Shown: one piece after another, positions 45,060-55,137 of the stretch
Numbering within the stretch: the stretch's first letter is position 1
Layout of the letters: each line of letters begins with the position of its first letter
Source of the DNA: a virus
Taxonomy: Duplodnaviria; Heunggongvirae; Uroviricota; Caudoviricetes
Strand: one strand, 5' to 3'
IMG/VR virus record: IMGVR_UViG_2923618136_000001
Length of the DNA: 64,000 bases
Translations under genes and position numbers: made by a program
Notes under the pieces: generated by a model
Database searches by the model: none
Told to the model about the DNA's origin: nothing
The model's input: the letters and a program-made list of their open reading frames with translations, nothing else

Positions 45060-45367
45060 CCCTCATCACCTTCAAGGAGTCCGGCGTTCAACGCCGCCTC
45101 GGCGGCGAACTCGTTCTGCACGTTCGGGAACACGTTGGCGCAGATGTGCGCGTCGTAGCCTTCCAGGTGAGGCACGAGCGCGACCCATCCCTCATCGGTG
45201 AGCTGCACGCCGTGGAACTCGTCCAGGTAGCTGATGAACCAATCGCGGTCCAGGTAGTTGACGGCGACCTCGCCGACTTCAGCGAGGTCTAGCAAGGCCC
45301 CCGTCGCGTTCCCGTCGTAGTACTCGTCGATCAGCTTTCGCATGGCCGCATACTGTTCGGGGTTCAT
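45056..45367 (-). CDS. hypothetical protein
   Basis: 103 aa. Confidence 0.45.
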   Translation of the reverse strand: MNPEQYAAMRKLIDEYYDGNATGALLDLAEVGEVAVNYLDRDWFISYLDEFHGVQLTDEGWVALVPHLEGYDAHICANVFPNVQNEFAAEAALNAGLLEGDEG

Positions 45368-46041
45368 CGCTTGATACCTCCGGTGATGGCCTTGAAGACG
45401 TCCCGCACGAGGCGGGCGTCACCGAGCGCGGTGTGCCTGGTCGCCGGATCCTGGCTGACGCCGACGATCTCCCATGCCAGCGTCTTCGTGGCACCGGCAA
45501 GCCAGTCCTGCACGTACGGGGCGGTCTCAGGGCTGAACGCTTCGTCAACCTTGCCGTCCATCAGGGAAAGGCGGCCGTGGACGTAGCCGGTGAGCATGAC
45601 CCGGATGTCCTCCATCCGGTGCGATGCGGTGAGGATCTGCCCGTTCTCCCGCAGGAACTTCTCGATGAACCTCCGGTCGAACGCCGGGTTGTTCGCGACG
45701 ATGATTGCGCCGTCGAGCTGCTTGGCGAGTTCCAGGGCGATCTGCTCGGCGGAGTAGTTGCCGAGCAGATCGCCCTTCCTCCCGGTGATCGAGTCGGTGC
45801 AGGCGAGCTGGACGCCTTGACCGACCGGCTTGTCCAGGACGACGGCCCGTCCGTAGTAGCCGCCGATCCGGGTGGCGTTGGGGTCGGCGTAGCGCATGTC
45901 CGCCCGGACCTGCCACCACGACTCCTGGTCGCCATCTTCGGGCCGGGTGGTGTTGTAGACGCTTGTGGCGATCTCCCACAGGTCGCCCAGGTCGGGGTCC
46001 AGGTTGGTGGTCTCGGTGTCGAGGAAGACGTACTTGGTCAT
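45364..46041 (-). CDS. DnaQ-like 3'-5' exonuclease (DEDDh)
   Basis: ATG at 46041 with AAAGGA RBS. Exo I motif FLDTETT, Exo III motif HTALGDARLVRDVF. Confidence 0.7.
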   Translation of the reverse strand: MTKYVFLDTETTNLDPDLGDLWEIATSVYNTTRPEDGDQESWWQVRADMRYADPNATRIGGYYGRAVVLDKPVGQGVQLACTDSITGRKGDLLGNYSAEQIALELAKQLDGAIIVANNPAFDRRFIEKFLRENGQILTASHRMEDIRVMLTGYVHGRLSLMDGKVDEAFSPETAPYVQDWLAGATKTLAWEIVGVSQDPATRHTALGDARLVRDVFKAITGGIKR

Positions 46042-46127
46042 GCGGGTGTCCTTTCGGCTTGGCCGGTAAGGGTTGGGTGTGCCTGGATGTTCCAGGACGG
46101 GGTGGCGGCCCACGTGGTGGCGCCGAT

Positions 46128-46595
46128 TTAGAAGAGAGAGGACTGGAGGGGCTTGGCCACCGGGGCGGTCTTCTCGCGGGCCATCCTCATGACGGCCATG
46201 CAGTGCCCGCCGCCGGGCGCGTAGCCAGGAACGTGACGGTTACCGCCAGGTGTCCGGTACTCCCGCACCGGACCCCCCCGGTCGAACCATCCCGGCGGGT
46301 ACGCGACGCGGGCGGCTGCCTCCCACCTCGCGAGCGGCTTGCCCTCGTACGGCCGAGACTCCATCACGGGCATGTCCCGCCAACCGGGATAGGCGTGGTC
46401 GCACCCGTCCTCAGCGGAGTCGTTCTCTCGGGACCGCAGCGGCCCCACATCACCGCAGGCGCAGGAGTACCAGTACCGCAGGTGATAGTCCGGGTCCGCG
46501 ACGGTCGGCTCGAACGGCTCGGGCCTGACAACCGTCCGATAGTGAACGGAGAACCGGCATTCGCCGGTCGGCGCCGTCTGCGGGTCGTCGTCCAT
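46128..46595 (-). CDS. hypothetical protein (DHAxPGWR-family paralog)
   Basis: Shares DHAYPGWRDMP...RW.A...AYPPGW...GGP...R...H.PG.APGGG with the 50858..51432 product. Confidence 0.45.
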   Translation of the reverse strand: MDDDPQTAPTGECRFSVHYRTVVRPEPFEPTVADPDYHLRYWYSCACGDVGPLRSRENDSAEDGCDHAYPGWRDMPVMESRPYEGKPLARWEAAARVAYPPGWFDRGGPVREYRTPGGNRHVPGYAPGGGHCMAVMRMAREKTAPVAKPLQSSLF

Positions 46596-46675
46596 GGTGT
46601 CCTTCCTCAGAACAGGGCGAAAGGGTGAGGGGTGGTGGCCCGGCCGGGTTGCCGGGCCACCAGGTCAGGGGTCAG

Positions 46676-46842
46676 TCAGGCAGTTCGATCAGCTCGCGGT
46701 ACGCCTCCTGGGCCACCTCGATCTGCCGCTCGGACAGGAAGCTGAGCAGGTCACCGTGGTCGAGCTGATCGACGACTTCCGCCGCCGTCATCGCGAGGCA
46801 CCGCAGCTTGTCCTCGTCGAACAGGTCGGTGATGCGGGCCAT
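46676..46842 (-). CDS. small hypothetical protein (55 aa)
   Basis: ATG at 46842 with GAAAGG RBS, TGATG-coupled to the upstream gene. Below the ORF-track length cutoff. Confidence 0.3.
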
Positions 46843-47230
46843 CAGTCGCCAGCCTTTCCGCTAGCGTCAGCGGCCAGCGGGCCGGGCCAGGCCGGGCGGG
46901 CGAGGTCGGGGCGCAGCCGGCCGGGCAACGTCACCGGGGCGGGCTTCTCCTCCGACTCCGGGTCGACGGTGCTCCAGATGTCGATCGCGGTGGCCAGGGA
47001 TTCCGCCCGCTCGGCGTTCGTGGCGAACAGCTCGGCCATGACCCGGTAGCCCTCGTTGGTCACCAACGGTGTTTCGGCGCCTGCGGCGTGCGCGGCCTGG
47101 TGCTCCTTGGAGGCTTTCGTCATGTACTCGGCGAAGCCACGCAGCGCGGCGATGATGTCGTAGCCGCGGCTGGCGAGTATCTGGTGAGCCCGCTGCATCC
47201 GCTGCAGCTCGGCATCGTCGACGTAAGGCA
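46842..47230 (-). CDS. hypothetical protein
   Basis: ATG at 47230 (MPYVDDAELQRMQRAH...) with GAGGCA RBS. Confidence 0.4.
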
Positions 47231-47293
47231 TTTCTTGCCTCGTCCTTTCTGGGGTGATGCGGCGGCCGTACGACACGGCCGCCGCGAGGGTGG

Positions 47294-47989
47294 TCAGGAA
47301 GTGGGGGCGTCGACGAGCGTGGCCTCGACGACCGGAGCGTTCTTGGTCCAGTCCTTCCAGTGCAGGTCGTAGATTCCAAGGCGGTTCGGTTCGACGACCC
47401 AGGAGCCGTCGCATGCGATTGCGACGATCTGGTTGACCTTCTGCTCGTCGCCTTCCTCGGCGGGCTCGGCAAAGGCGACCGTCCGGTGCGTGGTGTCGTC
47501 GTCGGCGGGCACGGCCTTGCATACCGGGCAGGGCACCGTCAGCCATCTCTGCAGCAGGCGGAGATGCTTCACGGAGAAGCTGGCCAGGGCTTCGAGGTAA
47601 CCGGCGTCGTCGGTGTAGTACGTCCGGTCGCCGATGACTTCCCGGTCGGAGCAGCTGTAGAAGCTGTCGTCGCCCAGGTGGTCCACCCACAGGTCCGGAT
47701 GATCGTCGAGGTAGGCGGCCAACGCATCCGCCGTCACTCCGACGTGGATCGGGACCTCAAGGTCGAACTGGTAGGTGACCAGTTCTTCGGCCCTCATTCG
47801 GATCTTGCGGGTCTCGTGGGGCAGCGCCTCTTTGATGTCGTCGGGCGGGGTCGGCGGGTAGCAGTGGGTGGGGTTCTCCTCGGTGTGATCCCAGTCGTCG
47901 GGGCGGCCGTTGTCGGCGTCGTTGCAGATGGGCTTTTTGCACCCGGTGCAGGCCGTTTCGATGTTCAACGTGACGGGTTCGGTGTCCAC
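47294..47989 (-). CDS. hypothetical protein
   Basis: 231 aa with Cys pairs. Confidence 0.45.
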   Translation of the reverse strand: MDTEPVTLNIETACTGCKKPICNDADNGRPDDWDHTEENPTHCYPPTPPDDIKEALPHETRKIRMRAEELVTYQFDLEVPIHVGVTADALAAYLDDHPDLWVDHLGDDSFYSCSDREVIGDRTYYTDDAGYLEALASFSVKHLRLLQRWLTVPCPVCKAVPADDDTTHRTVAFAEPAEEGDEQKVNQIVAIACDGSWVVEPNRLGIYDLHWKDWTKNAPVVEATLVDAPTS

Positions 47990-48055
47990 GCTTCTCCTGG
48001 TCTCTGGGTTGGTCAGGGGCGGGCGCCGGGTAGCGCCCGCCCGTCGAACGGTGGT

Positions 48056-48784
48056 TTAGGCGTTGAGGGCGCGCTGGCCGGTGCCGACGCGATTGCGGTT
48101 GCTGCCGCCGAGGTCGGCGCGGTCGCCTGCCTCGCGGCCCGCGAAGTAGGCGCTGGTGTCTCCGACCTTCTGCCTCTTGACCGAGCCAGCGTTGGGGGTC
48201 ATGCGGTCGAAGTAGTCGGAGACCGCGGCGTCGCGGTCACGCAGGACCAGGTCAGTGGACCGGCCCGCGACGTGCGTGGTCTCGACGGTGGCGGCCTTCT
48301 CAGCGTCGCGGAGCTTCTCCCCGACGCGGCTGGCGAACCCGGCCATGAAGCTCTTGCGGGCGGTGGCGAGGCCCTTGCGCCCGGCGGGGGTGACGGTGGC
48401 GACTTCCTTGGCCATCTGCAGCGCCAGGGAGGCGTAGAGCATCTGGACGGCGTCGAGGTCGCTCTGGTAGCCGGACACCATCACGTACGTCTTGCCGTCG
48501 AGCTTCCACAGCAGGGTGCGGCAGTGCTTGGCGCTGGCGATGGCGCTGAGGAGGGCGCATCGCTCGGCCTGGTGGGTCTTGTCGATGATGAGGGGGATGC
48601 TGGCGAGCTCGTCGGTGATTTCTCCGGCGGCGGCCAGGTGGGCGCGTTCGACTCCGAACTTGGCCATGAGGGCGTAGGCGCGCTCGCGGTAGGTCTCGGC
48701 TTCGATCGCAGGGGTGCCGGGGTGTTCGGCGACGGCGAGAAGCTTGCGGATGAGTTCGAGCTTCGCGGCGGGGGCGTCGGTCAC
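48056..48784 (-). CDS. hypothetical protein
   Basis: GTG at 48784 with GGAGA RBS. N-terminus KLELIRKLLAVAEHPGTP.... Confidence 0.45.
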   Translation of the reverse strand: MTDAPAAKLELIRKLLAVAEHPGTPAIEAETYRERAYALMAKFGVERAHLAAAGEITDELASIPLIIDKTHQAERCALLSAIASAKHCRTLLWKLDGKTYVMVSGYQSDLDAVQMLYASLALQMAKEVATVTPAGRKGLATARKSFMAGFASRVGEKLRDAEKAATVETTHVAGRSTDLVLRDRDAAVSDYFDRMTPNAGSVKRQKVGDTSAYFAGREAGDRADLGGSNRNRVGTGQRALNA

Positions 48785-48806
48785 TGGGTGTCTCCGGTGG
48801 GTTGGT

Positions 48807-48824
48807 GTTAGCGGTTTTGCTAGC
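48807..48824. promoter_or_regulatory. GTTAGC-N6-GCTAGC dyad ~25 bp upstream of gene start 48784
   Basis: gttagcggttttgctagc. A variant of the GCTAGC-N6-GCTAGC operator-like dyad. Confidence 0.45.
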
Positions 48825-49153
48825 GTGAGTTGGGTTTTTCTCACGTTCGCGTGTTGTTCGATCTTGTCTCATCCTCTCATGGTCGTCAGAGTTTCGCAAC
48901 AACCCTAGGACGTGCTGAAACGCTCTCTGAGCGGCCAAGACTCGCGAAACGTTCCTCCGTCAGCACTCATGATCAAAAACGCTCACGCTAGCACTCAGGC
49001 TCGCGCGTAAGCCATCAGCGGCCATGTCGGACACTCCGTCGCGCCCTGGTCAACGGCCCAACCGAAACGCAAGCGGTGTCGCTTGCAGAAAAAACCGAAA
49101 CGCGGGAAGGTAGAGAGTCAGCACTCCACCCACCAGAGGAGACACGGCCGCCC

Positions 49154-49666
49154 ATGTCCCGCACCTCAGCCACAGCCACCCGCAAGGGCAAGGCGACGAA
49201 AGCGGAACCGCAAGCGGCACCTTCTCTGCGCACCAAACGCCGCCAGGACAAACCCACCCTCGGCACCCGCATCACCTACCACACCAACGAACGCCTCACC
49301 GCGGCCAACGAACACACCGGCCTCGGCATCAGCGGCATCGTCGAAGCCGCCCTCATCGCCTACCTCGACTTCCTCGGTATCCCGCCCGACGCGAAGCCGC
49401 CCCTCAGCCCAGACGGCACCCGGCCCAAGCGGGAACGCAGCATCAAGAAGCGCACCCGCCGCAGCCCAGAGGAAATCGACGACCAGCCCATCGCGCCCCG
49501 CATCAGCCACCAGACCAACGACCGGCTCACCGTCGCCTGTATCGAGACCGCCACCGGCCCCCAGGACATCGTGGAAACCGCGCTCAAAGCATGGCTCCGC
49601 AAGCAAAACATCCCGCTGTACCCGGAAACTCCCGGCGAACGCAGAGCCCCGAAGAAGCGCACCTGA
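49154..49666 (+). CDS. tandem ribbon-helix-helix (RHH) DNA-binding protein
   Basis: Two RHH-like repeats (TRITYHTNERLTAANEHTGLGISGIVEAALIAYLDFLG / PRISHQTNDRLTVACIETATGPQDIVETALKAWLRKQN), each preceded by a basic tract. A GCAGAAAAAACCGAAACG motif lies 50 bp upstream. Confidence 0.5.
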   Translation: MSRTSATATRKGKATKAEPQAAPSLRTKRRQDKPTLGTRITYHTNERLTAANEHTGLGISGIVEAALIAYLDFLGIPPDAKPPLSPDGTRPKRERSIKKRTRRSPEEIDDQPIAPRISHQTNDRLTVACIETATGPQDIVETALKAWLRKQNIPLYPETPGERRAPKKRT

Positions 49667-49728
49667 CGCCCCGCCCCACCGGCCCGACAGCGAGGTATGC
49701 TGACCCCGGACCAGCGAAAAGGCCACAG

Positions 49729-49766
49729 AAAGGCCGCCACCGCGCGAGGGTGGCGGCCTTTCTGCG
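49729..49766 (+). terminator. intrinsic terminator
   Basis: AGGCCGCCACC-gcgcgag-GGTGGCGGCCT hairpin followed by TTCTG. Confidence 0.5.
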
Positions 49767-49821
49767 TGCTAGGCCCGATGACTCTCCATAGGCCAGCCCT
49801 TTCGCTGGCACCTTGGACGCT

Positions 49822-50211
49822 TCAGATGTTCTTGATGCGCTTGATCATCTGCGCCGCTTCGGTGTCGGTCAACCGACCGCCCTCGGGCATACATCCGTGC
49901 TCGCACGGCAGGCCGTCGACCGCGCCCCACAGACGGCAGATCAGCGGACGCACCTCGTACGCCTGACACCGGCCGTCGCCACCGAGAGCCGCACACGGCT
50001 CAGACGTAGCCACCACGGTTCGTCGCTTCCGGACCAGAGCAGCGACCGACGTCGGGAGCTGAAACCCCGCCTCGGCCATGCGCTGAGCCTCACGCCGGCC
50101 TCCGGCGATCGTCGTGCAGTGCTCCTGACACAGGCCCTTGCAGCCCGTGCTGGGCACCTTCGCGTACAGCTCATCGAGGAGCTGGTCTTGCCGGTCGGTC
50201 CACTCGCTCAC
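49822..50211 (-). CDS. YkgJ-like CxxCxxCC zinc/iron-chelating domain protein
   Basis: GTGA-coupled GTG start. CKGLCQEHC plus CAALGGDGRCQAYEVRPLICRLWG. Confidence 0.45.
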   Translation of the reverse strand: MSEWTDRQDQLLDELYAKVPSTGCKGLCQEHCTTIAGGRREAQRMAEAGFQLPTSVAALVRKRRTVVATSEPCAALGGDGRCQAYEVRPLICRLWGAVDGLPCEHGCMPEGGRLTDTEAAQMIKRIKNI

Positions 50212-50851
50212 AGCGCCGCCTTCGCGACCTGGTCCAGGGCCTCGCGCAGCCGCTCCAGAGTGACACCACGCTCGCCACCCAGACCGAGGATGCGACCGAT
50301 CACGTCGAGCTCGTCGAGATGCTGCATGGGGGTCACGAGGTCGACCGGCTCGACCAGCGCGGCGCGACCGTCCCTGACCGCCCACGTGGCCGCCGCCTTG
50401 CCATCACCCTCGTTGTCGACGACCTGGGCGTGCAGCTTGAGGTACGGGAACGCCGCGGCGATGGTCTCCCAGTCGGATGTCAGCTCCTCTACGGTCGGCC
50501 ACTTGCCGACGTTGTACGTGGAGCAGCCGATCTGCCCGTCCCAGTCGCACCAGCCCTTCGGGCCGCCGATCCACGACGACGCGATACGCGCGTTGTCCAG
50601 GTAGTGCAGCCGCAGGATGCCCATCCGCTTGCGCCACTCTCTCGTCGCGGCCCAGCTCGCCCGTAGCGCCTCGATGCCGCCGCCCTGGGGCTCGATCGGC
50701 AAGCCGTACTCGGCGGCCACGCCCTTCACCGCCACCTTCCACGCCTGGTCATTGACGGTCATGAACCAGTCGTCGGTGCGGATCAGAATCTCGTTGGCCT
50801 GCTCGCGCGTCACCGGGTCACCGGCGACGAGCAGCCTCGGCCACTTCGTCA
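50208..50851 (-). CDS. hypothetical protein
   Basis: ATG at ~50851 with GGAG RBS (MTDLTKWPRLLVAGDPV...). Confidence 0.45.
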
Positions 50852-50857
50852 GGTCGG

Positions 50858-51432
50858 TCATGAGGGGAACTCCATATCGAGGGTCGGTTGTGCATGATTG
50901 TCCCGGATCTTCTTGGCCCGGAAGTAGGTGGCGGCCAGGTCGTAGCCGCCGCCGGGGGCCTTGCCCGGCTCGTGCCGCGAGAAGGCTGAGTCGCGGCGGA
51001 TAGTGACGATCGGCCCGCCGGCCTCCAGCCAGCCGATCGGGTAAGCGCGCTTCACCTCGGCCAGCCACCGCTCATACACCTTCTTTTCGTACAAGGCGGT
51101 GGACGACGGCGGCAGCACACCGGGCAGGTTCCGCCAGCCGGGCCAGGCGTGGTCGTGAGCGTCCTCGACCGCGTCTTTCTCCGTGCGACGGTCCTGGCCC
51201 TCCCACTCGCAGCCCAGGCATGCGCCGCGTTTGGTCGCCTTCTCCCGGCTTTTGCCCCACCAATGCAGCACGGTCGGCCGGTGCTCAGGCGCGGTCGAGG
51301 TCGGATGCTTCCCGCCGAGCTCGTTACCGGGATGGGTGATGTAGATGCACCACAGCCCGCTCTCCTCGCCATGCCGGACCGTCTGCCACAGGGTGTGCCA
51401 TGCGACAGCGCCGCGCGGCTCCCCGCTCATGC
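50858..51432 (-). CDS. hypothetical protein (DHAxPGWR-family paralog)
   Basis: DHAWPGWRNLP...YERWLAEVKRAYPIGWLEAGGPIV...HEPGKAPGGGYDLA. Paralogous to 46128..46595. Confidence 0.45.
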
Positions 51433-51828
51433 GGCTTCCACCTGCGCCTGCGCGATCTGCCACCTGGTGACGAGCTGTTGCGGTGTGCTGGGGTCGCGAG
51501 GCTCGATGATGGCCTGAACCAGCCCTTCCTCGTGTAGGTGCCGGAGCGCGTTTTTGACCAAGCCAACGCCGTCCAGGCGGAGAACCTTCGTGAGGTCCCA
51601 CGCGGAGAATCTGCTGTTCGGCCATGCCTGCAGGTGCGCGAGGATTTGCGGCTTGTATTCGTGGTAGCGGACAACTCTGCGGCCCCTGCTCACGCCGAGT
51701 TGTTTCTCGTACCGGAAGATGGTCCGCTCGCTCACGCCGATCCGCTGCGCCAGCGCGACAGGATTCTCGACGCCTTCCAGCAGGAGCTGCAGATACCGCT
51801 CCATCCGCTCGTCTCTCTGCTTACTCAC
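51427..51828 (-). CDS. HTH/winged-helix DNA-binding protein
   Basis: VALAQRIGVSERTIFRYEKQLG. Confidence 0.45.
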   Translation of the reverse strand: MSKQRDERMERYLQLLLEGVENPVALAQRIGVSERTIFRYEKQLGVSRGRRVVRYHEYKPQILAHLQAWPNSRFSAWDLTKVLRLDGVGLVKNALRHLHEEGLVQAIIEPRDPSTPQQLVTRWQIAQAQVEAA

Positions 51829-52267
51829 TGTCGGCCTCCGCCTCCCCCATGAGGGCCTCGACCACGCCCTCAGCGGGCTGCAGGTGAGCCGCGGGCGGCT
51901 CCCAGTCCGGGCGGGTCGCGACCATGGCCAGGAACACCCAGTCCGGCAGGTTGGCCCACGTCTCCGGGTGGAGTCCGTGCCTGCGTTCGGTGACGATCAT
52001 CAGGCCAGCCGAACCGTCCTTTTTCCGGTTAGGTCCGCTCAGCTCGTACAGGTCCAGGTCCCAGCCGTGTATGGGCCTCCAGACCCACCGGCAGTAGACA
52101 CTGCGGGGGAAGAAGTCACGTTGACCTGCCCGGACGATGGGCTCGGCGGCCGCGAAATCGTCTTCGACGATGAACGTCACCTTCCGGCGGGTGACGCTCA
52201 TCCAACCTTGCGCGGTCTCGGCCGGCTCGGCGGTCGGCTCGGGGTCGAACAGGGCGTAGTTCTCCAT
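51821..52267 (-). CDS. hypothetical protein
   Basis: 148 aa. Confidence 0.4.
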   Translation of the reverse strand: MENYALFDPEPTAEPAETAQGWMSVTRRKVTFIVEDDFAAAEPIVRAGQRDFFPRSVYCRWVWRPIHGWDLDLYELSGPNRKKDGSAGLMIVTERRHGLHPETWANLPDWVFLAMVATRPDWEPPAAHLQPAEGVVEALMGEAEADSE

Positions 52268-52452
52268 GTTTGTGTCCTTTCAGAACAGGGCTTGTTGGTC
52301 AGGAGCAGGGGTCGGTGGCTTCCGCTGCTGCGGCACCTTGAGCCACGACGCGAGGTCGTAGCCGCCGTCCCATGCGTCGAGAGGTGCGGGCGGCGCAATG
52401 GCACCCCGGATGTTCTCCGTCGACGGCGGGGTCAGGTACAGCGGCGCGTGCA

Positions 52453-52926
52453 TCAGCTCTGAGCCAGCCCGTGCAGGAAGGACTTGAGGCGGGCGAGCTT
52501 GGCTTTGCCGAACCCCTTGATTTCGAGGAGGTCGTCGTCGCTGCGGGCGGCGAGTTCGCCGATGGTGAGGATGTCTCCATGCAGCATCAGCGGGTTTCGT
52601 ACATCTCTGTGCGTGTCGGGCAGCACCTTGCGAAGACCGATGTCCATCCGCAGGTCGGCCCACTTCACCAGGTTGGCCACCGTCGAGTTCTGGGCGCCGA
52701 GCTGGGCCACGATCTGGTCGCGGTAGCCGCGGACCTCCGCGCCGTACTCGGCTTCGGCCTGGTGCTGGGGGCACTTGCCGGGTCTGGCTCTGTCGCAGTC
52801 GAAGCAGTCGCCCAGCATGGGTTGGTCTTCGGCCTGGTCGGCGTAGTCGCCGAGCCGGTCGCAGATGTGATCCCAGATTTCATGGGTCAGGGTGATGGTC
52901 ATCATTCGGTCCGGGTCGATGCGCAC
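52453..52926 (-). CDS. helix-hairpin-helix DNA-binding protein (RNAP alpha-CTD-like C-terminus)
   Basis: LMLHGDILTIGELAARSDDDLLEIKGFGKAKLARLKSF. Confidence 0.4.
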   Translation of the reverse strand: MRIDPDRMMTITLTHEIWDHICDRLGDYADQAEDQPMLGDCFDCDRARPGKCPQHQAEAEYGAEVRGYRDQIVAQLGAQNSTVANLVKWADLRMDIGLRKVLPDTHRDVRNPLMLHGDILTIGELAARSDDDLLEIKGFGKAKLARLKSFLHGLAQS

Positions 52927-52959
52927 GGGTTCTCCTTCAGAGGCAGGGGGTGGGTGTTG

Positions 52960-53385
52960 TCACGCCGCTTGGCAGATGCGGCACCACCGGTCGCGGGGCG
53001 CCCACCAGGAGCGGCAGCCGTACACGTGGGTGCCGTGGGTGACGAGCAGGTGGTGTTGGAAGGCGTTGAGCGCGCCGCCCTGGTGCAGGCCCGTCATATA
53101 CGGCGAGTCGAGCTGGGAGGTGTGCGGCAGCAGGCAGCGGACACTGGCGTTGCCGATGCCGCCCCAGCGCTCCCCGGTCCCGACCGTGATCCCGGCGACA
53201 GCGACGTCGACGACCCCGCCGCCGGACACGTCGATGCCGTCGATGCGCTGGTGCTCGTGCACCATGTGGCCCGCGCACGGCTCGGGGCGATGTCCGGGCC
53301 AGCCCAGCCGGGCGTTGATCTCGTCGATGGCTGCGGTGACCGGCGCGTAGAAGTTGTCGCTGGCGGGTCCGCTGTTCCAGGTCAT
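52960..53385 (-). CDS. hypothetical protein
   Basis: ATG at 53385 with AAGGAG RBS. Confidence 0.4.
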   Translation of the reverse strand: MTWNSGPASDNFYAPVTAAIDEINARLGWPGHRPEPCAGHMVHEHQRIDGIDVSGGGVVDVAVAGITVGTGERWGGIGNASVRCLLPHTSQLDSPYMTGLHQGGALNAFQHHLLVTHGTHVYGCRSWWAPRDRWCRICQAA

Positions 53386-53406
53386 GCGATCTCCTTGTGA
53401 AGAGGC

Positions 53407-53442
53407 GGCGCTAGCCGTACTGATAGCAGTACGGCTAGCGCC
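53407..53442. promoter_or_regulatory. 16-bp-arm perfect inverted repeat GGCGCTAGCCGTACTG-ata-CAGTACGGCTAGCGCC
   Basis: Lies between the MTase gene end (53450) and the RBS/start of the 53385 gene. Terminator-like hairpin or operator. Confidence 0.45.
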
Positions 53443-53449
53443 AATGGGG

Positions 53450-55073
53450 TCAGCAGGGGATGACGACGATGACTGTCCGGACGGTCGTCCCGGACGTCTT
53501 GAAAGCATCTTCCGGAAGCGGGATGATCTCGCCTCCTCGGTCCTCAACGAGCTGCCGGAACTCAACGGCGACCTTCACCTTGTGGAAGGACACGCCCGCG
53601 CCCATGACGGCGACGAGCCGGCCGCCCGGCTTCACGAACTGCAGGGCGTGGGTGACGTGCGCGATGTCTCTGCCCTCGGAGAACGGCGGGTTCATCACCA
53701 CCCGGTCATAGGTGCCGAGCTGCGCCGTGTCCGTCTCCAAGAAGTCATGGCGGTACAGCAGGCTCGCGCCAGGGACACGAGACGCCAGGACTTCCATAAA
53801 GCCGTTGTCGATCTCGACGCAATCCACGATCGCGCCCGCGTCGACGACGGCCGCGGCGATGTTGCCGGTGCCAGCCGAGGGTTCGAGGACGGTCATGCTG
53901 CGCTGGATGTCGGCGAGCTCCATCATCTGTTCCACCACGGCGGGCGGGGACACGAACGCCTCCCGGTCAGCGCCTACCGTCATGTTGCTGAGGGTCTGCG
54001 CAGCGGCCTTCAGCTTCTCGACGTCGATCGTTGGCACCTCGAATTTCGGCTCGGCCGGCGCCTTCTTCGCGGGCCGGTTCGTCGCGGTGACGGCCGGGCC
54101 GTCTTCGCTGTGCGGGCACTCGACAGCGAGGATGTCGGTGAACTTGACCTTGTCGGGCCAGGAGTAGCCGGACTCCACGCTCACGGTCACCGTGTTGACC
54201 TTCACGACGCGGCGGCGCCGGTCCCGCATCCAGTAGGTGACGAGGTCGCCGACGTGGACGTTGTGCTTGCTCCACTCGACGAACGTGCCTGCCTCGACTG
54301 CGGCGGCGAGCTGCGCCCGGTCGTATTCGAGCTGGTTCTCTAGCTGGGCTTTGCGGGAGAGCTGCATCTCCCGGTAGTCGCCCTTGGCGGGCTCGTGGAT
54401 CTCGGTGTAGTACGGCTTGCCCTTGTGGTCGAGGTGCCTGCGCTTGTAGCCGTCCAGCGACTTCTGGATCTTGCGCAGCTCAGACTCGGCCGTCTTGATG
54501 CGGCGCGCGGTCACGGCCGGAGTCGCGGAGCGACGCATCTGGTTGCCGACCGCGTTGGCGCGCCCGGCAGCGCTCTGTGCCTCTTTGTCTTCGGCGATGC
54601 TGGTCCGCATCGCCTGGTGCATGCGCGCCTGGTCGCGCCGCGCGCCCCGCTCGGAGTGGTGGCCGACCAGGATGGGTTGACCACCAGCGAACCGCTCGCC
54701 GATCTGGTTCGCTCGCTCGTGCGCGGCCGCGGCCTTGCCGGCGTGCCGCTCGGCCCTCGATTCGAGCGCGTCGCGTCGGTCGTCGAGCCGGTCGGCCTTG
54801 TCCTCCAGGACCTGGGCGCGGTCGCGGTGCTCGTCGTCGATCTCGACCGTGACCTCGAACTCGGCCTCGCGGAGGGCCTTCGCCGCGGCGTTGATGGCCC
54901 ACCGGTCAGCGATCCGGTCACGGGAGTTCCGCAGGCCGATCATCCGGAGGGACGGGAAGAACTTGAAGCCGCCGTTCTCCCACTTGCGGATGATGTCGTA
55001 CACACCGTCGCCCTTGACGGTGCCGTACACGAGGGTGCCGTCCTCGTGGTTGTGCTTGATCGTGATCAACTTT
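53450..55073 (-). CDS. N6-adenine DNA methyltransferase (gamma class) with large N-terminal domain
   Basis: TTG start at 55073 with AGAGGAAAG RBS. C-terminal motif I VLEPSAGTGNIA and motif IV VMNPPF. N-terminal ~330 aa coiled-coil-rich domain of unknown function. Confidence 0.7.
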
Positions 55074-55137
55074 CCTCTTTCTGGGTTGGTCGGGCAGGGG
55101 CGGCGGTGGGTGGCCGCCGCCCCCTCGGTGGTGCAGG

